Shown: one piece after another, positions 14,303 through 59,415 of the stretch
Layout: each line of letters starts with the position of its first letter
Position numbering within the stretch: position 1 is the stretch's first letter
Assembly (NCBI GenBank): GCA_012295275.1
Contig: CM022669.1
Location: forward strand, 8,246,001 to 8,310,000
Origin: Chrysomallon squamiferum
Taxonomy: Eukaryota; Animalia; Mollusca
Direction: 5' to 3'
Length of the DNA stretch: 64,000 nt
Program-made: the position numbers and the translations under genes
Notes under the pieces: model-generated
Seen by the model: only the letters and a program-made list of their open reading frames with translations
What the model was told of the DNA's origin: nothing
The model's database searches: none

Positions 14303-15164
14303 TTTTTCATTATTGTTTAATAATACATTTTTATTGGCTGAATATCTTATTGACTGCATATATGTTTAAATATTAAATTGCTATTTTAGTTTTAATTACA
14401 AAAAAGCTGAAATCATCATTAAATAACAAGATATCTGGAATACCTGATTTATGCCTATAGAGAGAGAGAGAATTAACTGTAACTGTTTTTAATAACTGAA
14501 CATGTTTCACTTCTTCACGTCACAGACAATGGAAAGTGACACTGTTCTGGTTTGTGAAGTCAATTTGTTTGATGAGTCAGTCTGTTGTCTGTGAGTCTGT
14601 CTGTGTTTTCTCTGACAGGACTCCACTCTCCCGCTAAATTATCTAATTAAATTAGTAGTCTCTCTGTCTCTGTCTCTCTCTCCTAATGGTAATTAAAAGA
14701 TGTTTTAGTCCAGCATCTCGTGTTCCTCGTGACACTGCATTCATCTTGGACAGAGGTTGTCTTTGTTGTTTGTCCACTCTTTTTTATTTCTGATTTCTTC
14801 TCTTCCATCTTTGACTTCCATCATAATTCCTGATCACTGGTTTGTGTGCAGGCAGGAAGGAGAATATATCATGACATTCTTTTGTGAGGACAGGTTATGA
14901 CTGATTACATTCGTTTGCTAGTTGTGGTGAAATATAAGTATGATTAGGTTCTGGAGGTTGTGCGTGTTATAACTGATCATGTTCTTTATGATTTTAGTGT
15001 CTGTATAAATCAGACTTGAGTTATTTTATGAGTGTTATAACTCAGTTTTGTGTGTGTGATACAGTTTTTATTATTCACGTGGAGGTAGAAAACAAATCTG
15101 AACATTTTTATAAATAAAACTTGTAATTGCAGATATTCTGATACAGCAAATATAAATCTAGCTT

Positions 15165-16085
15165 ACACCAACCACATTTTATATTTTAAATATAAATGTA
15201 ATTTGAAACACTTTTTGATATGGCAGTATATAATGTAATGTAACACCAAAAACATTTTATATTTTAAATATAACTATAAATATAATTTGAAACACTTTTT
15301 AATATTGCAGTATATAATGTGATTTAACACCAAACGCATTTTATATTTTGAATATAACTAACTATAAATGTAATTTGAAACACTTTTTGATATGGCAACA
15401 TATAATGTAATTTAACACCAAACACATTTTATATTTTGAATATAACTAACTATAAACGTAATTTGAAACACTTTTCGATGTGGCAATATATAATGCAATT
15501 TAACACCAAACACATTTTATATTTTAAATACAGCTATAAATATAATTTGAACCACTTTTTAATATTGCAGTATATAATGTTATTTAACACCAAACGCATT
15601 TTGCATTTTAAATATAACTAACTGTAAATGTAATTTAAAACACTTTTTGATGGTGCAATATATAATGTAATTTAACACTAAATACATTTTATATTTTAAA
15701 TATAACTAACTATAAATATAATTTTAAACACTTTTTAATGTGGCAATATATAATGCAATTTAACACCAAACACATTTTATATTTAAAATACAACTAACTA
15801 TAAACGTGATTTAAAACACTTTTTGATGTGGCAATATATAATGCAATTTAACACCAAACACATTTTATATTTTAAAATACAACTTTTTAATCCTAATTTA
15901 CTCACTTTTTGATGTGGCAATATATAAAGCAAATTTAACACCAAACACATTTTATATTTTAAATACAACTTTTTAATCCTAATTTACTCACTTTTTGATG
16001 TGGCAATATATAAAGCAAATTTAACACCAAACACATTTTATATTTTAAAATACAACTTTTTAATGCTAATTTACTCACTTTTTGG
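15165..16085. repeat. AT-rich tandem repeat, about 11 units, mostly 84-88 bp
   Basis: Anchor AACAC(C/T)AAA...CATTTT recurs at about 15242, 15326, 15414, 15502, 15586, 15674, 15762, 15850, 15937 and 16023. Confidence 0.93.
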
Positions 16086-17807
16086 TTCGGCAGATGTGAT
16101 GTTTATCACTTCAGACACTTTAAGCTCTTGTTGGGCAGTGAGTATAACTCTATTACACACTGTTACCGAGGGTTTTTATTTCATTAAGCTCTAGTTTTTG
16201 TGGGACGGAGGGAAACTGCCACAGTTTAAGGATTTTAAAAGTGAGGTGTACAAAAGTGTTTTGATGAAGAATAATGCATGCTAATTGCACATGACATCTC
16301 ATCACACTGGTTTGTTCATGCACGTGCATGCGTGCGTGTGTCTGTTTCGTAATTCACGTAATTACATTTTTCAGTCGTTTTAAGCTGAATCTGCTTTTTT
16401 TTTTTTTTTTTTTTATGACTAAGCTTTGAAGAAGAAGAAAAAATTCTTTGTGCAGAGTGGAATAAAAAAAAAAAGAAAGAGCCAAATTAATTTATTATTT
16501 GCAGATGAAATCGTGTGATAGTTTTTGAAATAATATTGTTACATAAAGAAATTAATGAGAGCAAAAAAATTTCTTTTTAGTTTCTTTTAAAAGTATCGAT
16601 GCTTTCTTAATAATTAATTTGCTGTCTGCAGATGAAAAGAGTTGATTTTTTTTTTAAATAAAAAGAAAATATATTGAATCAGATAAATTAAAGTGGTAAA
16701 AATAAATCTAATTTTGTTTTTGTAATTCTTTTTGAAATATTATTTTATTATTTTCTGATGAAATGGTATAATTAAATAAAACTTAAAAAAAAATTTTTAT
16801 ATCAGGGAAATTAACATGGTAAATTGAATCCAATTAATATATTTTTTTTAATTACTAATATTTGTTCAGTTTTTTTTTATGTAGATGATTGGTTTGAGGT
16901 ATTTTTTTTTTTTAAATCAAAAGAAAAAGAAAAAGTTCTTGAAATCAAACAAATTAAACTGAAAATTAAACTGCATTAGTTTCTTTAAAAAACATTAAAA
17001 TATTTCTAAATAGTCAGTTTATTATTTATTTGTAAATGAAATACTCCATTATTTTTAAACATTAAAAAAAATGTAAAATACAAAAAAGTAAAAAAAATAT
17101 TAAGAAAATCAATAAAATAAGAAAAAAAAAAAAGCCAATAATAAAACCTTTAACATAATATTATATATTTTTTGGCAATCATTTTCGAATGAATAAAATA
17201 AGATTTAAATGGCATAAAAAAAAGATTTATGTTGCTGAAAACCTTATTTTAAGAAAATACACAATTAGACACAAAATATTTTAAAAATACATCATCTTCC
17301 ATTTGCATTATGTCAAAAATAATAACAAGTGATGCATATAATATCTTTTTTAATGAATATTTTTACCTCATGCAAACTATTTTAGATTTATTCTGATTTG
17401 TACATGCTTTTAACTGCGGAAACAATTTTCAGAACTTGAAATGGGTTTGTACAAGAATTATTTTACAAATTTCAGTCTGTGTAGATCCTCTGTTTTTTTT
17501 TGTTTTTTTGGTTTCTTTTTGGGGTTTTTTGTTAATGTTTTTCTATTTTTTCTTTGCTAATTAGGACTAATTTATTTTCCAGACTTGTTTTCTTTTCACA
17601 GATGGAGGTAATAATGAACATTGGAAAACAATTTTTTTGTTAATAAAACTATCAAAACAAAACCCCACGAAAGTGAAAAAAAATGAAAAACAAAAAACAA
17701 ATACACTAATAAAAGAAAGGAAAATAGCAAATAAATAAAATAAAATAAATTAATTTATAAAAACATAAGATGTTTTAAATGTGAAACATTTATATCTTTC
17801 TCTGTCT

Positions 17808-17867
<60 letters not shown>

Positions 17868-18764
17868 TTGTGTCTGTGTGTGTGTGTCTAACATTTATAT
17901 ATTTTATATTTTTTAAGAATAGAGTTCTGAAGCTAATTTGTAGTGATTAGTTTTTTTAATATTCAAAATTAAACTGGCATTCAAGGAACAAACTTGTTTA
18001 TGGAAATGTTTAATTCTAGCTGGCAGTAGAAAATTATTAATTTTCTTTTTGTATGTTTTTCTTTCTGGATTTAGGCAAATTGATCAGCTGTTTGTAATTT
18101 CCTTTTTCACTTCATTTTTTTTTTTTTTCTGTTACATTTCTTATTTAATTTTTTAGATTATATTTTCTTTCTATGAAAAAAAAAAAAAAAAAAAAGAAAA
18201 ACGTAGAATATAGAAAGAAAAAAAAAGAAATGTTAAAAGTGCACAAACCTCTTAATCTAAAAATCCTTAACATAATCTTTTTTTTTCTTTTTTGGAGTGT
18301 TTTTTTCAGCATACTGACATATTTTGATTTTTAAAATCCAGTAAAACATCTGTTTTATTTATTTAATTTTTTTTTTTTTTTGAAATTTAAATTCCTTATA
18401 AACCAAATGTTTTCAACTTGCATCAGTGAGTTTGTGTATCTGGTGTTAAATAACTCAGTTTAAAGTTAGCAAATGTTGCTCTGAAATCAGGTTAATGGTT
18501 TCTGACAAACTAATTTTTCTATAAAAGTCAAAACCGCCTGCCAACCGCAGCGCTGGATTACACAACTACAAGTTCAAAGATTCGTCACAGGTTGATCTTT
18601 ATTGTTTCTGACATCTTCAGCATGTTTCTATCCAAGTTCTAATTATTGCTTGATAATTAAATTTTTAAAGAGCTGAACAATTTTTTTTTTAACCATTTTT
18701 TTTTTTTTTTTTTTAACATTACTAAAACACATTGAGTTATCAGATGAGTCCTTGTTTGGGTTGA

Positions 18765-18939
18765 TTATTGGGTAATTTCCTGTTCCAATCCTAGCTCCGT
18801 ACTAGTCATTTCAAAGTGAATGTGTAATATGTTTTCCTGCCTGTGAGAAGGTTCATCTAAAGGATCTCTGTCTAGCTGCTAGTTAGTAAGAGTAGTCTTG
18901 AAATCATTGCAGCTTGTTTCTTCTATCATATACAACAAA

Positions 18940-18970
<31 letters not shown>

Positions 18971-18977
18971 AAAAAAC
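18765..18977 (+). mobile_element. Degraded SINE copy (MetaSINE-like central domain) with (AAAT)n/A tail
   Basis: tcctgcctgtgagaaggttcatctaaaggatc...gctgctagttagtaagagtag resembles my recollection of a molluscan SINE core (tcctgtctgtgggatggtgcatataaaagatcccttgctgctaatcggaaagagtag). Ends in (AAAT)n. Related fragments occur elsewhere in the window. Confidence 0.55.
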
Positions 18978-21900
18978 ATGGCATGACTGTTAACATTAAT
19001 CTTCTGAAATATAATTCAGAAAAATATCCACATTTGGAATCACTGATGATAAATTTCTGTTTAACTGATGTTAGTTTTAATTTATAACATATAACATATC
19101 CTAACAGCAGACATTTAATTTGTTATTCATTCATTCATTTGTTATTAATCCATAAATACTAATTTACTTTATTAAATTATTTATTTCATGGTCAGTCTAT
19201 TTGTTCAGTCATTTGTTCAGTCAGTGTTTGTTTGTTTCCTTTCATTCATTCGTGTCTGAAGGAACACAGATCACACAGTGATATAACCCACATTTGTGAC
19301 TGAGTGTCACAAGAAATAATTATACTTGTTACTACAGGAGGATGTAAAGAGTTTGTCCAGGAAATTACCAATTAGTTATGAACCCATTATTAAATTCTTA
19401 TTGCTCTATGTTCTTTTGATATGTCTATAGCCTTACTTAACCAATTCAAAACTGTAAAGAGGAAAAAAAAAAAAAAAATGAAGAAAGAAGATTAAAAAAG
19501 ATGCAGAAATAATTTTAAAAAAGTATTTTAAATTATTAATTAAGAATGGAAAATATTTTAAAAATGAGAATTAAAAAATGGAAGAATTTGAAAAAAGAAG
19601 TATTAAAAATGAAAGTTTTTTTAAAAAAGAATACTTATGTGTAGAAGAAATTTGAAAATCAAAATGGACAATTAAGAAAGGAAAAAAAAAAAAAAAAAGA
19701 GTGAGAAAAAGAGAACTAAATGGAACTTGATTATTGAAATGAACAAGTGCATGGTTTGAAGAAGGAAATGCAGTTTGTAAAATAAGTTGTTTAAATTGCT
19801 GCTTCCCTTGTTGAAAGAAAAATAAAACCAATCGGACTGCAGGTGTGAATTACATAACATTCTGAGTGTGAGAAAAACTTGATTTGTTCTTCTGTACATC
19901 GTGAGAAAAAAAAAAAAAATAAAAAAAAAGAACAAATTTAATAAGAGGAAGAAAAGATGAAAATTTAAAAATATGTGGTTTTAGTCTTAGACTTTTGTTA
20001 ATTCGTTCATTTATTAAAAATATGGGGTTTCAGTTTTATTAATTCGTTCATTTATTACTAATTCAGAGTAATAGTTGTAAAGCTAATGATGTACAAAGTA
20101 CATTAATGGTAGCGCAGTATATTTATCTCGACATTTGGGGCTCATTAAATACCATGCTGTGCCACCGAGAGCTGTAATGTTTACCTGCATTTAACAGATG
20201 GCCACATAAAGAGTTTACCTCTGTAATTACCTATAACCTCTTTTTTTTTTCTTGTATAAAGATTCTTTTTGCTCTGATCTTTCTTGTGTGTTACCAGATT
20301 GATCCATTTAAAGTGAGTCATTCTGCGATTCTGATGGTTTGATTCTAAATTAAGGTTATCTGTAAACAAGAACAAAAACATCTCTTTTATGTGATTTATC
20401 TTTTGAACAGACAAAAAAGTTCCTCTTTAAACTTTGACAAATAAAGAGGATGAAGAAGAAAGAAGAAATGAAAAGAAAGAAAAACAAAAAAGGGTTTTAC
20501 TTTATATCCTTTAAATCACAATTTCGTCAATCATTTCATCGACAGTTTTAGATAATTTTTGTCATTATTTGGGACGGAATCTTTGAAGGAAGAATAAAAC
20601 AAAAACAAAAATGGAATTTTTTTTTGTCTCATCTTAACATATAAAACACTCGAAATAATTTTTAGATTCTTTTGATTATGTCTGTCCATAACTTGCCAAA
20701 GACTGCATTAAGATCTGAATGTGAATTATTTTATTACTTGCTGTGGTTCCTCTGCAGTAACATAAGAAGTTTAAAGATAATCAAAGAGAAGTTTATTACA
20801 TAATGCTCAGATCTTCTGCATATTGCTTGAATTGAGATTTGCCAGTCAGTTTGTATAGAGATACATTCACACTGACATGGTGAGAAGACTTTGAAATTTG
20901 GTCTGTTGGTATGTGAATCAGTTTAAAGATTTCAAAACTGAGGTGTTAGTGATGAATCCTACAAGATTAGCTCTGGCTGTTTTGTTTCAAATAATATTTT
21001 AATGTAGTGGTTTTCTGTTTGTTGGAAATTTGTTTTACGTTTCTGTTTCAGTGATATGTGATATTAATTAATTGATTAGAGGAACTATGAAAGAAAATTA
21101 AACAACAACAACAACAGACAAAAAGAAACATACAAACCAAGACAGAATAAATTTGAAAATAAAGCAAAATAAAATAAAAGAACAAATCTCCATGACAACA
21201 ACAGAGCAGCAAATAAACAACAACAACAAAACAACAGCAACAACAAATAAACCAATAAAAACCAAAGAGAAATTAATAAAAAGCAAAATAACAACAGTGG
21301 TTATTAGATACATGTCATCAAACCAGAACTGGTAAAAGAAATATTCCATAAATTTGTCTAAACTGGTGAAGCCTGAAATATGATTTATTGCAGAAGCTAT
21401 CTTTCCATCAAGTAATAAAGTGAAATCTGTGTATTAAAAAGAACACCATGTTACGACTCTGTGCTGTTGCATATCTGAGTTATCGCACACCGTGACTTTC
21501 ACCAGTTACAGTATTTCTTTTAACCTCTGTCCAAGATGAAACAAGTCAGCCACAAAACAGCATGTTTTATTATCCTCTCCGTGATCCAGCCAGTGTTTTT
21601 GTGTGTCAACTTGTGTGTAATAAACTCGCTGATGTTTGCACTTCACAATAAAGTCTGCGAGAATTACCGTCATTTTGTGTCCTCGCTGTCTAACGAGTTT
21701 GTCTGATCAATATTGCACTGGAAACACTGCAGCTGATGTTAAAAACCACTGTTTGATACAAGGCAGGTGTGAGATATGATTATTAATAAACACCTTGCTG
21801 TTGGCTGCAGTGAACCTACCATTTCTGAGTGTCTTTATCGAAGATATGAGTATAATTAGATGTATATATATTTAGATGGGTTTTAATTAGTTGTGTGTAT

Positions 21901-22841
21901 CTAGATGTATATGTGATCTTGTCCTTGATAAACCAGTTTACAAGAAGACACTGTCAATAAATAATTTATTTGTTTTCAATTATCTTTAGACTGGCAATCC
22001 AAAACAGTGTAAAACAGAAGTGTTTATGTTGTTGTTTTATTTATAATGTTCTTTTACTTACTTCTGTCATGACAGAGAGGATAAACCCACAGTGTAGTTA
22101 ATCATAGCTTTTAACTGAACAGACTTATTACAGACTGACAGACAAGCATACAGACAACAGACCAGAAGACCAAACAGACACAAACACATATCAAAACAAA
22201 AATCTTCATTTCTTTTACTAACTTACTAATTAGTTTAGATATGCTACAACACGAAACTACCAACTCACTAACAGTAACTAAGTCAAAATTTGACCAGTTG
22301 CTACTATGCAAGCTTCTAACCTACTAACAACTGAGCAGTGATCTTTGAATACTGCTAACCTTCTAACAGTAAATCACTGTAAGCTCAGCTGCTAACCTGC
22401 TAACCACTCAGAGTGAGCAAAGATGCTAATTTCCTAACACTAAATGACATCACTGTGAGTTCAGCTACTAACTTGTTAACTGACAGAGTCAGTGTGAGAA
22501 CAGAAATCTGAGAATAACATCAGCAGACTTTGTTTACTTGGAAGAGAGCCTGAATACTGTGATACATACATTATCACACTTACCACACTCTCTGGTAACA
22601 GTACACACATACTCAGTCACTTTCTTAGCTGAAGAGAATTCGAAAATGAATGAAACACATTCATCGCGATCCTGTACACACACTTTATTCTGACACTAAA
22701 AAAAAAAAAAAAAAAAAAAATAAACAAAAATAACAATAAAAAAAAAAAAAAAAAAAAGAAGAAAAGACATGTAAAAAAATGAAAAATTTTGTTTTGGCAA
22801 TAACAGATTGTTGCAGTCATATCTATATGTATATCTATATC

Positions 22842-22882
<41 letters not shown>

Positions 22883-24756
22883 ATATATCACACCCAATTT
22901 GTTATGTTATAAAATTATATGCTAAATAATTGACTGCTTGCTGACTGATTCCATGATTTATTATTGTTATCTGTGACAGATCTCAAGTATATATAATTTC
23001 ACTTGTGCTATGTGATATGTAATTCACACAATGAATACCATATATTAATTATATTCCTGTTTGCTTCATTAAATTAACCTTTGTTATCAGAAGACATGAA
23101 GCAGTCAGTGAGTGTGTGGTAAAATGTCTGTGTGTTATGTATGTTTTGTGACAGTGAGGGGTTAAGTATTTCAGATATACAATGGCTGCCTGTGTTATTT
23201 TTCACATAGAACACAGACACACCAGTAATAACTGTCCACAGTGATAGATGAATGGATTGTATCCCAAACCCAGACTTCTTTTTACATCATTTTAATTTCA
23301 TTTTTATTGTTATCGTACATGTTGCTGTCATCTGTGTGTAAGTATGTGTCTGATTCACCCCAGTGTCTGCCTGTCTGTCTGTCTGTCTGTCTGTCTGTCT
23401 TTGCTGGATTCATTTTACCATTGGGGGGGGTCTCTTGTTCTGTCATTTTTTTTCTTTTCTTTCATGTCTTTATTCCTTCTTTCTATTTCTCCATCTGTTG
23501 ATCTTCTTATTTTCTTTCTCACTTTCTCATATTTCCGTTTCATTGACTTTTCTAAATCCTTTTCTGAATCTCTGACTCAATGTCTTTTCTCTCTGTCTTT
23601 CTCTTTTTTTTTTTTTTCTGTCTCTTGTCTATCTTTCCCTCTTCATCTATCTTTCTCGTTATCTCCTTCTCTCTCTTCTTCTCTCTCTTTCTGTCTCTCT
23701 GTCTCTCTCTCTGTGTTCTCTCTTCCATCCCCTTCCCCATTTTATAAATCAATGTCTGAAACTCCTATCAATCAATCCCCGGTTACCGAAAGACAGTTTA
23801 AACTCCTCTCGACAACAAAAGCCGGTGTTATCTTTGTCACACTGTATTTACACTCACACACACATAGCTGCATTATTAACCCACTACTTTCATTACTGTT
23901 TTTGGCTTTTCACTTACATCAACATCACCTATGTCAGCATTCTTATTGTCCAGGATGTCTGCATGTCTGCTGCCAGTGAACTGGGACTGCCATTTTCAGG
24001 AAGTGGCGCTGTTTGTCTTAATTATTCTTGGCTACTGTGGCCAGACTTCCGTGGCCAGTCGGTTACCACAAGAACTCCTCATGTGCAGCAGTTGCTGAAT
24101 TCAGCCAGCACTGTTGTGGAGGACTGTCACTTCTCATTCTCAAGTTCAGGGCTCTCAGATTCTGAGAGACTTTTTTCAGGTCAGCGGGTTTTTAGTTGCA
24201 GTCAGATTTTTGTCACTTTTTTTTTTCTGAAGTTAATCAATTTGGTCTGATGCTGCTGTTTGGATTGGATTCTTGCAGCAGTTTTTCTTTATTTTAATCT
24301 TCTTTTTTCTTCTTCTTTTTTGATTTAAGAAAATAAAGAGAATACTACCTTGTCTGGTTAAATAACAACAACAAAAACAATAACTACTAATAATAACAAT
24401 AAAACAACAATAATAACAACAATAATGATTAAATAACAATAATAATAATATTAAATCATCCAAAAAAAAACAACCAGTACCTCCAACCACCTTAAACAAC
24501 AACAATTAGACAGAAATTTATAAGAAATGAAATACAAATTGAAAGAAATCTTATCTGATATGTTGTTTAACTGATGTTGTATGTATCAGCAAACAACAAG
24601 AATTTTCTTGTTCACAACTGAACAACACCCACACTCAGACAAAACACACCGGACTCACTCTAGTTTTGTGATCCTTCTTCCTAATGGCTCACTTCCACTG
24701 TAACAATGCCTTAGTTTTCTGTGTGTGTAGGTAGAGAAAGATCTGCTGACCTTGTA

Positions 24757-25026
<270 letters not shown>

Positions 25027-26833
25027 TTGAAAGAAAAAACAAGACAAAAAAACAGACACACACAGAGCATAATGATTGTGGGATTGTTTGAGTAAGTGAA
25101 ATTGAGAAAGGGAAACACAGGGCAGTGACAGAGAGTGACATTGTGTGGAATGAAAGAATTAAATAAGAACAAATGTGTTTAAATGGAATACTTGTATAAT
25201 ACAAGTGTCCATGTGTGTATATTTCTGTCTGTGTGCCAATGCAGGTTTAATATGAATCTGTGGGTTGATACTACTACCAGTGCAAGAAGAAAGCTGTTGA
25301 CTGTTAGTGCTTACTAAGCTAGGACTGTACAGCTGTGGTGTGTTTCTTTTCAAGTGTATCCGTCAGGACTGGAGGGCTGAGGGTGGTGTCTTGACAAAGT
25401 ATCAGAGTTCAAAACTCCCAGCAGGCACACAACCAGTCCCTTGTTCTCTCACAAAACACTTGCACCTGTACTATCACCTAATTACCAGAGTCTGGACAGC
25501 ACATGTTAAAGAAACACTGCAGTCTTATTTTAAAGTGTGTGAGGACTTGGGTTCTGTCCTCCTTGGTGGTTACATCACTATAGCTAATTCTTTAGTGTTC
25601 ATTGTTTACTGTTCTTTTTGAAAATTTTAAAGTTATGATATTTAGAATGTTTGTAAAATGTTTCTTTTTTAGTATAAACTTTATAATTCAGTATCATCTG
25701 CAATGTTTCCAGTGTAATATTGATCAGACAAACTCATTAGACAGCTAGAAAACAAAATGACAGTGTGTCTCAGACTTTAACTACTGCTGTAAAAAGAGAT
25801 ATTTATAAATAAACATGTACTGTCTTTTTGATGGTGACATTTAGCCTATTGTTATTTGAACTTGAAACATTAGTTTCATTATTTACATTTATATATATAT
25901 ATATATATATTTTTTTAAATACTAATAAAGAATAATATTTTCATTGATTCCTCAAAAGAGACTGAACTCACAACCTCTCTAATTCAATTGTACACAATTT
26001 CCATTTTACGAACATTAAAAGCAGAAAAAACACCCCAAAAATACCACAAACGGATAATAAAAACTAAAATAAAACATGAAGAAAGTAACAAAATAATTAA
26101 TCCATTAACTTATACAGAACATAATTTAGTTAACTCTTCATTATTACTTTGAAAAAAAAAAATCTCAAACCTGAATGAATATAAAATTTGTTTTCTATGT
26201 TCAAAAAATATCCCCATAAAGCTCTTTAATAAATAAATTCCCAGATCTCGGACAAGAAATTTAATTTTGTTATGTATCTCTTGATGTCAATATTCAGAGC
26301 TTCTGGAAATTTGATCTGTAATTGGCCAGTGAAGTACTGAAAAATCTGAGAGCTTAAAAAAAAAAACTCTACCATTCTCAGTCCATAACAAATCAAATAT
26401 CAGAGATATTCTCTTCTTTCTTATTCTTCAGACATGATCCTCTGAGAGATCTCCGCTAAAATTGCTGGCATCATGTCATTAGTAAATGTATAATTCATTT
26501 TGAAGATGGGCAAATTGGACGAGAGAGCGAGAGTGATCATTTTGCATGAGGCTGACAAATCTTTGTTGATATTATATCTGCAGAACATGATCTAACTTGG
26601 GCTGGGTATTACAGAAACTGCTGTTTGAAAAGCTGAGCGTTTAATTTTTTTTTTTTATTTTTTTTTTTGGGCTTTGAGTTGACAAAAAGCTGCTCAGATG
26701 GAGAATGGTGTTGAGTTCTGGAGAACGTGTAATTTTCATAAATCATCACGGAAACGAGATTCGGCTTTTAGTGGACTGAATATAAAAAATATGTTTTCTT
26801 ATCAAGAACACTCTTCTGATTAGTTTTAAAATG

Positions 26834-26902
<69 letters not shown>
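26834..26902. repeat. Long poly(A) tract (about 69 nt)
   Basis: Direct reading. Confidence 0.95.
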
Positions 26903-26903
<1 letters not shown>

Positions 26904-27895
26904 AAGAAGAAAAAAGTAAAGGACATTTATTTATTTAGGTTTTTTTGTCACAGAGCAGTTCCATGTTTTTAAATAGATGTGTGGCTGAACCATTTTTTTA
27001 TTTCCCAAAAGATTCTTCAATAAGTATTTGAAAATTTTCTTTTCATCAGTGAATAAACGAATGTAGACATGTTAAACATGTTTATATTAATAGTTAATAA
27101 GTGTCAGGTATATATATAACTTCTGTAACAGTGATATGAAATAGAATACTTGAAACTTGCAGTAACTCTCATTTTAAAGACATCTGTTGCTGTTCTGGGG
27201 ACTATTCTTTAAAATAAGCAGCCAAGATATTTTTGGTACAAACTTTACCCACTGACCAGAACCTATCCACCAGTCCAGGTACATAAACATTTTGTTCCCC
27301 ACCTGTCCAGTTATTTTATACAAAGTGTTTTCTACACTTCCACTTACTATAAACAGTGTATTTCGTACCCATCCAGTTATTATAAACATTATTTCAACTG
27401 GCCAGCTACAAGATGCCCATTAAACTCATTTCTTGTGTTACAGTTGTTTTTGTGTGTGTGTGTGTGTGTGTGTGTTTTTTTGTTACAAACATGGACAGAG
27501 AGATACATGAACCAGGTGACCAAATCAAGAAATCCTTGTCTTGATTAAGAAAACACTGTGAGTTTACACTGGGGATGTTTTTGTGGAACTTTGAGTCTAA
27601 TCTTTTCACACAATTAGATAAACTTGGCTTGTTTCAGCTGTGATTTCCAAATAAACTTTTCCAGATGTCTTCCGTCACTCGTACAGTCTGTCTCCACCTT
27701 GTTTGTTGTTGTACGTGCAACTAAACATTTACTGTGATTGACCAAGCTGACCAGTGAGTGGTACATTATCAGCAGATAGCTGCTAAATCTGTCAACTGCT
27801 GCGAAAGAGCCAAGAATCAAGATAATGGTCACCCATAAAGATTGTGTCTATTTTAATTTATATATATATATATATATATATAATATATTTACACC

Positions 27896-27929
<34 letters not shown>

Positions 27930-28769
27930 CATGATAATAAAAAATTAAAAAATAAATCTCTTTAATGAACATAATTTTCTGCTTTACATTGACAAACCCT
28001 TTTAATCATAATCTTGATTGCTGTCACATAAAAGAAGGATCAAATGCTTTACAAGGTTTTAAATTTGAAATTACTTCCTCATCAAGCCAGGGGAACATGT
28101 TTGAGTATCAAATATCAAGAGCAAACAACAGTGAATGAACTGTCTCTGTCTTGTGCTGCTGAACATAATTTAAAACGAAAACTAAAAAATTATGATTTAT
28201 GGTAAACTGTTTCGCTGTTCTCATAAAATATCATCAACTTCTTTGAAGAGACATTCGAATTGAATCTCATTTTCATAATCACACATCCTTAATTACATTA
28301 ATGTCTTTTGTCATCCTGCGTTTATTTTTAAAATTATTGAAGTTGATACTATCATCACTTCAATATGACTGGTATCTGCCTTCATGTAGTTGCCAGACAT
28401 CATATTTCAAAATGATGTAGTTAGAATGGGGGCATTTCATTTACTGTGTTAATGTATGTGTGCGATATTAACCTGTATTTCACGACCTACGTCATTATAC
28501 CATTACTGTTCTTCACTAATGGATTTAAAGTTTTGTAATAGAAATTGATCAAACAAAAAAGTTTTTGCTAATTAGAGTACAAATTCTCTCTGTGTGTGAA
28601 ATGTGTGTGTGTTTGTGTGTGTGTACAAATGTCTGTCTAAATGTTTGTGTGCAATTATCATTTCATTAGTATATCTTTATTTCTGTCTGTGTTAATGTAA
28701 GTGTTTATATGAATTATTATGTGACAAAATCTTCTTATTCTAACTGTTGTTCTGTTTTTTGTTTTTCAG

Positions 28770-59415
<30,646 letters not shown>

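Noticed and set aside
26834-26902. Poly(A) as the tail of a retroposed gene
   Set aside because: No upstream ORF or target-site duplication seen, and long A/T runs are common throughout the window.
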